Part shown: in pieces, positions 57,901 to 64,000 of the stretch | Layout: every line of letters begins with the position of its first letter | Numbering within the stretch: the stretch's first letter is position 1 | Assembly (NCBI GenBank): GCA_016794125.1 | Contig: JAEUKT010000002.1 | Coordinates: forward strand, 1,177,769-1,241,768 | DNA: 64,000 nucleotides | Direction of reading: 5' to 3' | From: Alphaproteobacteria bacterium | GTDB taxonomy: Bacteria > Pseudomonadota > Alphaproteobacteria > Micavibrionales > UBA2020 | Notes under the pieces: model-generated | Told to the model about the DNA's origin: nothing | Databases searched by the model: none | What the model saw: the letters and a program-made list of their open reading frames with translations, nothing else | Made by a program: the position numbers and the translations under genes

Positions 57901-58297
57901 TGAAGGTTTTTCCCTCTGCCACGCTCGTGAAGAAATGCGATTGCAGATAGGATGTTTTGACTTCGGCATATATGCCCGCGCCCAGCACCACAGTTGTCGT
58001 GCCCGCAATTGCGGCGCGCTGCGCCCAGCGTGGCCATGCGCGATATGCATTTGCGGCTTCCTTCGCCTTCTTGCCCACAGCCGCTGCGCCATTGGACATC
58101 AGCGACGCGCCCGTCGCCAATGCGCCGGATCCCGCCTGCACGATGGACGCGCCGGTGGACAGCAGCTTTGATTTGAATGACGGCGGTGCCGGCGGCAGTG
58201 GCGCTGCAGGCACAGGATCAACAAGGCTTGAATCGGGGGAAGGGGTGTCGCCTGCAGGGGTAAGGTCAGGGTCGCGTTTATCGTCTTCATTCGACAT
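54980..58297 (-). CDS. Large divergent class A penicillin-binding protein (transglycosylase plus transpeptidase)
   Basis: TG motifs LLFVEDR, GGSTLATQ, DYLNSIP; TP motifs STAK, SVN, GKTGTG; long N-terminal extension; tail PVKQPKPPKPATL. Confidence 0.85.
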   Translation of the reverse strand: MSNEDDKRDPDLTPAGDTPSPDSSLVDPVPAAPLPPAPPSFKSKLLSTGASIVQAGSGALATGASLMSNGAAAVGKKAKEAANAYRAWPRWAQRAAIAGTTTVVLGAGIYAEVKTSYLQSHFFTSVAEGKTFTQMQQTSPTIAPPAAGPYDERMGYTQTLQFRERLTARGFEVQKEGEWADRNIAGLQLFPIYNEKAQAGLRLVDGNAQVMFDARFPRQVYADYDSIPPVLAQSLLFVEDRQLIEKQANTHNNAINWGRFAKAARDQLLKKIHIGGNAPGGSTLATQTEKFRHSPDGITRTGKEKLEQMLTASTRNYSGGRDTREAGQRIVLDYLNSIPLSSFPGAGEITGFGDGMVAWFGADFAEANRLLKKPDSQMDDAELKRAADAYRQALRLVMSVTKPSSYLLKERAELDARVDAYLPLLAEQGIISPRMKDAVMAAHPEFAKPSRAPRVTEEARQKSIEALQVSLLRDLGVKDIYALNRLDITARTTIDARADEAVTKLLHSLSDPEIAAKNGLTGFQLLNPALADQLRYSFTLYEKLPDGTNVLRVQADNFDGALNVNEGTKLELGSTAKLRTLVSYLEAMSELHKKYSGMDAAELQKIHVLRDDNLSRWAIDYMANTATDKSLNAMLEASLDRMYSGGNGERFFTGGGVHTFDNFESSENYKSYNVKDAFHHSVNLSFIRMMKDIVYYTQSQKMDVSADIFDNPDNPQRRKYLEQFVHAEGTTFLWRAWGEQKGKSPDETATLLAAKTKRTGAHLAVVYRSVFPDAPVEKMEAFIRKEGTNIGDNTNFQKLYDDYAPGKFDLNDRGYLTGVHPLALWLGEHRAKSPDSTWSEAVAASADARILTYKWLLKSDKIEAQNTRIRIMLEKEAFVHIHATWKNLGYSFDKMVPSYASALGSSGDTPAALATLSGIIQNGGILKPAEKFEEISFAADTPYALDFLPKHAAGKRVLPEEVTRLVRREMNGVVEEGTARRANKSVVLSDGRILPVGGKTGTGDNRQQTFSRGGGVTSSEAKNRTATFVFAIDDRFYGTVVAYVDGPDAGKHKFTSALAASVFKAAIPGVRPVLDKAYGVDPAKVAAMQPPAPVKQPKPPKPATL

Positions 58298-58431
58298 GAT
58301 TGCCGAGACTCCAGAAGGGCTGGTATTTGTTTATGTGAAACAACCTATACCGCTTATAGGATTTATGCAAACGAAAAGCGATAAAGCTAAATAATTGAAA
58401 TAACTTAGCTATATTTTTAAGGGGGGAGGAA

Positions 58432-58506
58432 TGGTGCCGCAGATGGGATTTGAACCCGCGACCTCCCGCTTACGAAGCGGATGCTCTACCACTGAGCTAC
58501 TGCGGC
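58432..58506 (-). tRNA. tRNA-Thr (anticodon CGT)
   Basis: GCCGCAGTAGCTCAGTGGTAGAGCATCCGCTT-CGT-AAGCGGGAGGTCGCGGGTTCAAATCCCATCTGCGGCACCA; cloverleaf with encoded CCA. Confidence 0.97.
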
Positions 58507-58669
58507 AACAGGGCGCAACATACGGGAAAGCGGTGCGGTTTTCAAGCATGTAATGCAGGCGGCGCGTCGTCCGCCTTTTCAAAAAATTGTTTAAAATCAA
58601 GGCATCAGCGTGGCGGGGTTGCTTTATTAACCAACGGCATGCCAATTTGGGCGGAAATAACGGAGTAGA

Positions 58670-60025
58670 ATGCCCATGATCGACCCGAAAGAATTCTTTG
58701 CCGAAAACCCCGATGTCGAGACGCTCGAAGCGTTTATCGTCGATGTCAGCGGCATCCTGCGCGGCAAGAAAATGCCCCGCCAGAACGCGGATAAACTATT
58801 CAAGGGCGGCGTGCGCATGCCGCGTTCCGCTTTCGCGGTCGATATCTGGGGGCAGGACGTTCCAGCGGCGCAGCTGATCATCGAAACGGGCGATAACGAC
58901 GGTGTTTGCTATCCTGTCCGTAATTCGCTGCGCATGGTGCCGTGGCTGAAAAACACCGCGCAGGTGATGCTGACGATGAAGGAACCCGACGGCCGCCCGT
59001 TCTTCGGCGACAGCCGACAGGTGTTGAAAAAAATCGTCGGCCTCTACGCAAAAAAGGGCTGGACGCCCGTGGTGGCGGCGGAGCTGGAATTCTACCTGCT
59101 GGATGCGCAGATGGATGAACGCGGCAATCCGCAACCGCCGCTGTCGCCCCGTTCCGGCAAGCGCTCCAACGCCGCGCACCTGTTCAGCATTTCTGAAATC
59201 ACCGAATTCGACAACGTGCTGGGCGGCATTTCCAAGGCCTGTGACATGCAGGGGATTCCGGCCGATGCATGCATCTCGGAAAACGGGCCCGGCCAGTATG
59301 AAATCAACCTGTACCATGTGCCGGACGCGCTGGCCGCCGCCGACCATGCGACGCTGATGAAGCGCGTCGTGCGCGGCGTGGCGCGCAAGCACGGTTTCGA
59401 TGCGACCTTCATGGCGAAACCCTACGGCAACGAAGCCGGCAACGGCATGCACGTGCATTTCAGCGTGATCGACAAAAACGGCAAAAACATTTTCGCGGGC
59501 AAGGATTACAAGGGATCGCCCGCGCTGCGCCATGCGCTGGGCGGCCTTTTGAAACATATGGGCGACACGACCGCGATTTTCGCGCCCAACTTCAACTCCT
59601 ACCGCCGTTTCGCTGTGGGCAGCCATGCGCCGACGGCGGTGGCATGGGGATACGACAACCGCACGGCGGCCTGCCGCGTGCCCGCCGCCGATATCGACGC
59701 CACGCGCATCGAACACCGCGTGGCCGGCGGCGACACCAACCCGTATCTGTGCATCGCCGCGATTTTGGCCGCCGCCTATGACGGACTTGTGAACAGGCTG
59801 GATCCCGGCAAGCCGGCCAGCGGCAACATCTATAACTCCAAGGCCAAACGCCTGCCCAACGCATGGGAAACCGCGCTGGAACTGTTCGAAGGATCGAAAT
59901 TCATCAAAAAATATTTCGGCGAAAATTACCAGCGTATGTACCTTGCCTGCAAATTACAGGAGCAGGACATCATCGACCGCCAGGTCAGCTCTCTCGAATA
60001 CGACACTTACCTCAGGGATATCTAA
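58670..60025 (+). CDS. Glutamine synthetase-like protein (gamma-glutamylpolyamine synthetase, PuuA-like)
   Basis: DVSGILRGK, AAELEFYL, ENGPGQYEIN, FMAKPY..GNGMHVHFS, WGYDNRTAACRVP, IEHRVAGGDTNPY. Confidence 0.88.
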   Translation: MPMIDPKEFFAENPDVETLEAFIVDVSGILRGKKMPRQNADKLFKGGVRMPRSAFAVDIWGQDVPAAQLIIETGDNDGVCYPVRNSLRMVPWLKNTAQVMLTMKEPDGRPFFGDSRQVLKKIVGLYAKKGWTPVVAAELEFYLLDAQMDERGNPQPPLSPRSGKRSNAAHLFSISEITEFDNVLGGISKACDMQGIPADACISENGPGQYEINLYHVPDALAAADHATLMKRVVRGVARKHGFDATFMAKPYGNEAGNGMHVHFSVIDKNGKNIFAGKDYKGSPALRHALGGLLKHMGDTTAIFAPNFNSYRRFAVGSHAPTAVAWGYDNRTAACRVPAADIDATRIEHRVAGGDTNPYLCIAAILAAAYDGLVNRLDPGKPASGNIYNSKAKRLPNAWETALELFEGSKFIKKYFGENYQRMYLACKLQEQDIIDRQVSSLEYDTYLRDI

Positions 60026-60028
60026 ATC

Positions 60029-61318
60029 TTGCAAGCACAACCCGCCACACATACCGGTTCATATTACGCAGCCAGCGCCAACCCGCAGCCCGAACGCCCG
60101 CCGCTGCAGGGCGACGTCACTGCCGATGTCTGCGTGATCGGCGCAGGCTTTGCCGGCATTTCGACCGCGTTGCACCTTGCCGAAAAAGGCCTGAAGGTGG
60201 TGGTGCTGGAGGCGGTGAAAATCGCGTTCGGAGCATCGGGCCGCAACGGCGGGCAGATCATCAACGGCTATTCCCGCGATTACGACACCATTCTGGGTCG
60301 CTACGGTCAGGACACGGCGAAAGCGCTTTTGAACATGAGCTTCGAGGGTGGCGACATCATCCGCGAACGCATACAAAAATATAACATCAAATGCGATCAC
60401 AAAACCGGCAGCTTCTTCGCCGCCTTCACGCCCGCGCAGATGAAATTCCTGCAACGCCGCCGCGAAGTCTGGGCAAGCGCGGGTCACGACCAGACCGAAA
60501 TGTACGACGACAAAAAGGTGCGCGAAGTTTCCGACACGCCGCTGTATATCGGCGGCATGCTGGATAAGCGCGGCGGGCATATCCACCCGATGAACCTTGT
60601 GCTGGGTCAGGCGGCGGCGCTGGAATCCCTCGGCGGTAAAATTTACGAGCTCAGCCGCGTGACGCATATCGACAAGGGCGCAAAACCCGTCGCCCATACC
60701 GCGCAGGGCAAGGTGACCGCGAATTTCATCGTCGTCTGCGGCAACGCCTATATCGGCGAAAGCGTGCCGGAACTGCCGCACCGTTTCATGTCGGTCAGCA
60801 GCCAGATTGTGACGACCGAGGTGCTGGGCGCGGAGCTGACGGATAAAATGATGCCGTCCGATTTCTGCCTCGAGGATTGCAATTACCTGCTCGATTACTA
60901 CCGTATCACGGGCGACAAACGCCTGCTGTTCGGCGGCGGTGTGGTTTATACAGGGGCGGAGCCGTCGGATATCATCCGCCGCCTTGAACCCCACGTCCTC
61001 AAGACCTTCCCCTTCCTCAAGGGCAAAAAATTCGATTTCGCGTGGAGCGGCAATTTCGCGCTGACGCTCACCCGTATGCCGCATATCGGGCGTTTGTCGG
61101 ATACGGTCTATTTCATTCAGGGCGACAGCGGGCACGGGGTGACCACCACCCACCTGCTGGGCCGCCTGACCGCCGAAGCGATCAACCAGCAGGCCCGCCG
61201 CTGGGACGTTTTCGCGAATATGCCAAATTACCCCTTCCCCGGCGGCCGCCTGTTCCGCGTGCCGCTGACGATGATGGGGGCGTGGTATTATGGCATGAAG
61301 GAAAAATTAGGCCTTTAA
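60029..61318 (+). CDS. FAD-dependent oxidoreductase (PuuB/OrdL-like), TTG start
   Basis: SYYAASA, IGAGFAG, GASGRNGGQ, HIHPMNL, LDYYR, GHGV; directly after the PuuA-like gene. Confidence 0.9.
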   Translation: MQAQPATHTGSYYAASANPQPERPPLQGDVTADVCVIGAGFAGISTALHLAEKGLKVVVLEAVKIAFGASGRNGGQIINGYSRDYDTILGRYGQDTAKALLNMSFEGGDIIRERIQKYNIKCDHKTGSFFAAFTPAQMKFLQRRREVWASAGHDQTEMYDDKKVREVSDTPLYIGGMLDKRGGHIHPMNLVLGQAAALESLGGKIYELSRVTHIDKGAKPVAHTAQGKVTANFIVVCGNAYIGESVPELPHRFMSVSSQIVTTEVLGAELTDKMMPSDFCLEDCNYLLDYYRITGDKRLLFGGGVVYTGAEPSDIIRRLEPHVLKTFPFLKGKKFDFAWSGNFALTLTRMPHIGRLSDTVYFIQGDSGHGVTTTHLLGRLTAEAINQQARRWDVFANMPNYPFPGGRLFRVPLTMMGAWYYGMKEKLGL

Positions 61319-61418
61319 GACGGCTTGATTTCATAACTCCCGAATAAATCTTTGTTAATGCGCCCCGATTACCATTAAAATCGGTTAGCGAAATTTTAGC
61401 CACAAAGAGGAATTCGAC

Positions 61419-64000
61419 ATGCCTACTTGGACCGGTTCGACAGGCGACGACAATATCCAGCTCGGCGGCGGTCCTTGGACAGTCGATGGGGATTCAGGTG
61501 ACGACCTCATCGTCACGGATACTTCGGTAGCGTTTGACGACACGATCGACGGCGGTTCAGGTGCCGACGTCATGCGCGGCAATTTCGGCAATGACATCTA
61601 TCTGGTTGATGACGTTTCCGATATCGTCGTCGAGGCAAGCTCGCTTGGCGGCATCGACCGCGTCATTGCGACCGTTTCCTACACGCTGTCGAATAACATC
61701 GAAATTCTTGAAATGCAGGGCTCCGAAACGGGCATCGGCAATAGCGGCGCGAACACCATTTTCGGCGATGGCGGCGATAACGTCATCAACGGCGCCGGCG
61801 GCGCGGATACGATGGATGGCGGTGGCGACGGTAATGACACATTTTACATCGATAACGTCGGCGATGTGATCCTGAACGTCGGTGCGATTGCCGATGTCGT
61901 CAATACGGTTTATTCCACTCTCGACGTCGATCTGACGGCGGGCGTGTTCATGGACTTTACGGACGCGACGCTGGTCGGCAGCATATCGGTGGACATCACG
62001 GGCAACGATGCCGCCAACTACCTGGTCGGCAACGCGGGGGTGAATACGATAGACGGCGGCTTGGGCGCGGACTCGCTCGACGGCGGCGCGGGCGCGGATC
62101 GCCTGATCGGCGGACAGGGGGACGATACCTATTTCCTCGACAATGTGAACGACCGCATTACGGAAAACTTCAACGAGGGCATGGATACCGTGTTTTCCTC
62201 GGTTTCCGTCAATCTCGGTCTTGCGGCTTTCGCGAACCTCGAAAACCTGATCCTGACAGGCACGGCCAACATCAACGGCACGGCGGGCGCAACGGGCAAC
62301 GCCATTCAGGGTAACGCGGGTAGAAACACCATCACCGGCGGCGCGGGCGACGACATTCTGTCGGGCGGCCTGAACGGCGCGGCTGTGGGCGGCGACCGCC
62401 TTGTGGGCGGCGCGGGCGACGACCGCTATACCGTCTTGAACGCGGCGGATGTCGTCATTGAAGCCGTGGGCGGCGGCATCGACGAGATTACCGCCTATAC
62501 CTCTTTCAACCTGTCGGCGGCTGCGCTGGCGGCACAGGAAATCGAAAACCTGACGCTGGTCGGCCCGAATGCATTTAACGGCACGGGCAACGCGCGCGCT
62601 AACGTCATCATCGGCAACAGCCTCGACAACACGCTGGACGGCGGCAAGAACACTGCCGGCTTTGACACGCTGATCGGCGGCGACGGCGACGACACTTACA
62701 TCATCCACAATGCCAGCGACTTCATCGACGAAATCGTCGACCAGGGCATCGACACGGTGAAAGCAGACTTCACCTATACCCTCACCACTTTCGTTGAAAA
62801 CCTTGTGCTGACCGGCACCGGCAATTTCAACGGCACCGGCAACGTCGCCGACAACCTCCTGACCGGCAACAGCGGCGCGAACTCGCTCGACGGTCTTGCG
62901 GGTGCCGACACCATGATCGGCGGCGCGGGCAACGACACCTATTTCGTCGAGGATATCGGCGACGTCGTTTCCGAAAACGCCAATGCCGGCATTGATACCG
63001 TGCAATCGACGATCGGCTACACGCTGCAGGACAACATCGAAAACCTGGTGTTGCTGGGCACCGACGACATCGACGGCACCGGCAACGCGCTTAACAACAC
63101 GATCACCGGCAACAGCGGCAGCAACACGCTGGACGGAGGTGCGGGCGCGGACCGGCTTATCGGCGGTTTGGGCGACGACACCTATATCGTTGATTCACTC
63201 AGCGACGTCATCGTTGATACGGGCGGCATCGACACTGTCCAGTCCTCTGTCAACGTCAATCTTTCCTCAGTCCAGTATTTCGGCATCGAAAACGCAACGC
63301 TCGGCGGCACGGGCAACACGACGGCGACAGGTAACGCTGCGGTCAACATCCTGACCGGCAATGACGGCAACAACCTGCTCGACGGCGGCGCGGGTGACGA
63401 CACCATGTCGGGCGGCGCGGGCGACGACACCTTCGTTGTGGACGCGGCACTCGATGTAGTCATCGAAAACGCCTCCGAAGGCACAGATACCGTGCGTTCT
63501 GGCGTCACCTATACGCTCTCGGCGAATGTCGAAAACCTTGTCCTGACCGGCGCTCTGGCCATCAACGGCACCGGCAACGCGGAAAACAACACGCTGACCG
63601 GCAACAGCGCGGCGAACGTGCTGACCGGCGGCCTTGGCGACGATACCTATGTCGTTGATACGCTCGACACGATCGTCGAGGCGGGTGGCGAAGGCAATGA
63701 CACCGCGATCTTCACATCCACCGTTGCGGGAGACACCTACACTCTCGGCAACAACGTCGAAAACCTGGTGCTGGACGGCACGGCCGCGATCAACGGCATC
63801 GGCGACGGCGGCGACAACACAATCACGGGCAATAGCGCGGTCAACACGCTCGACGGCGGCAACGGCAACGATACGCTCGACGGCGGCGCGGGCGCGGATA
63901 CCATGATCGGCGGCGCGGGCAACGACACCTTCTTCGTTAACATGACGACGGATGTGGTGAGCGAGGCTGCGGCATCGGGCAATGATACCGTCAACGCCTC
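61419..64000 (+). CDS. RTX-type Ca-binding repeat protein, partial (860+ aa, runs off right edge)
   Basis: Not in ORF track. ATG 61419 after RBS AAAGAGG: MPTWTGSTGDDNIQLGGG..., with repeated GGxGxD nonamers and modules such as GGAGNDTYFVEDIGDVVSENANAGIDTVQSTIGYTL..NIENLVLLG. Confidence 0.95.
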   Translation, partial: MPTWTGSTGDDNIQLGGGPWTVDGDSGDDLIVTDTSVAFDDTIDGGSGADVMRGNFGNDIYLVDDVSDIVVEASSLGGIDRVIATVSYTLSNNIEILEMQGSETGIGNSGANTIFGDGGDNVINGAGGADTMDGGGDGNDTFYIDNVGDVILNVGAIADVVNTVYSTLDVDLTAGVFMDFTDATLVGSISVDITGNDAANYLVGNAGVNTIDGGLGADSLDGGAGADRLIGGQGDDTYFLDNVNDRITENFNEGMDTVFSSVSVNLGLAAFANLENLILTGTANINGTAGATGNAIQGNAGRNTITGGAGDDILSGGLNGAAVGGDRLVGGAGDDRYTVLNAADVVIEAVGGGIDEITAYTSFNLSAAALAAQEIENLTLVGPNAFNGTGNARANVIIGNSLDNTLDGGKNTAGFDTLIGGDGDDTYIIHNASDFIDEIVDQGIDTVKADFTYTLTTFVENLVLTGTGNFNGTGNVADNLLTGNSGANSLDGLAGADTMIGGAGNDTYFVEDIGDVVSENANAGIDTVQSTIGYTLQDNIENLVLLGTDDIDGTGNALNNTITGNSGSNTLDGGAGADRLIGGLGDDTYIVDSLSDVIVDTGGIDTVQSSVNVNLSSVQYFGIENATLGGTGNTTATGNAAVNILTGNDGNNLLDGGAGDDTMSGGAGDDTFVVDAALDVVIENASEGTDTVRSGVTYTLSANVENLVLTGALAINGTGNAENNTLTGNSAANVLTGGLGDDTYVVDTLDTIVEAGGEGNDTAIFTSTVAGDTYTLGNNVENLVLDGTAAINGIGDGGDNTITGNSAVNTLDGGNGNDTLDGGAGADTMIGGAGNDTFFVNMTTDVVSEAAASGNDTVNA

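Noticed and set aside
58381-58420. AT-rich imperfect palindrome (AGCTAA..TTAGCT) downstream of tRNA-Thr
   Set aside because: Could be a recombination-site remnant or terminator region, but there is no second copy or recombinase to support it.
61419-64000. Repetitive DNA that might be a CRISPR array or tandem repeat
   Set aside because: The repeats are degenerate, in frame and protein-coding (RTX). There are no identical repeats with unique spacers and no cas genes.

Overview
GC-rich bacterial chromosome segment, inferred from gene content to be an alphaproteobacterium; a Micavibrio/Rhodospirillales-like lineage is a guess I cannot confirm. Core genes: gap, tkt, gcvT-gcvH-gcvP behind a tandem glycine riboswitch, trpS, ileS, ahpD, dps, typA, tRNA-Thr(CGT), a LysR/pirin/FMN-reductase/MATE cluster, a polyamine operon (fold-III decarboxylase, deoxyhypusine-synthase-like, NUDIX, agmatinase) and a PuuA/PuuB-like pair. 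Two large genes absent from the ORF track run off the window edges: a CSPG/cadherin-like repeat protein (left) and an RTX Ca-binding protein (right). I saw no integrase, transposase, CRISPR array or rRNA. The main unexplained signal is a layer of orphan genes and modified paralogs among the core genes. Many unrelated proteins end in Pro/Lys/Ala-rich tails, some with an [F/L/I]-N-x-A-A-like motif, and four orphan genes follow an identical TTGACATA -35 element. Individual oddities include three DUF808 paralogs, a tandem catalytically degenerate RelA/SpoT-hydrolase-like protein, an orphan ATP synthase delta-like gene, a 55-aa peptide with five GSC repeats, a secreted HExxH protein, and a queuosine-salvage gene coupled to a cyanophycinase-like gene. 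I hypothesise a lineage-specific targeting or secretion system; this is untested. All family assignments come from motif recognition by eye, with no database searches, and several start codons were revised from the ORF track using RBS and motif evidence.
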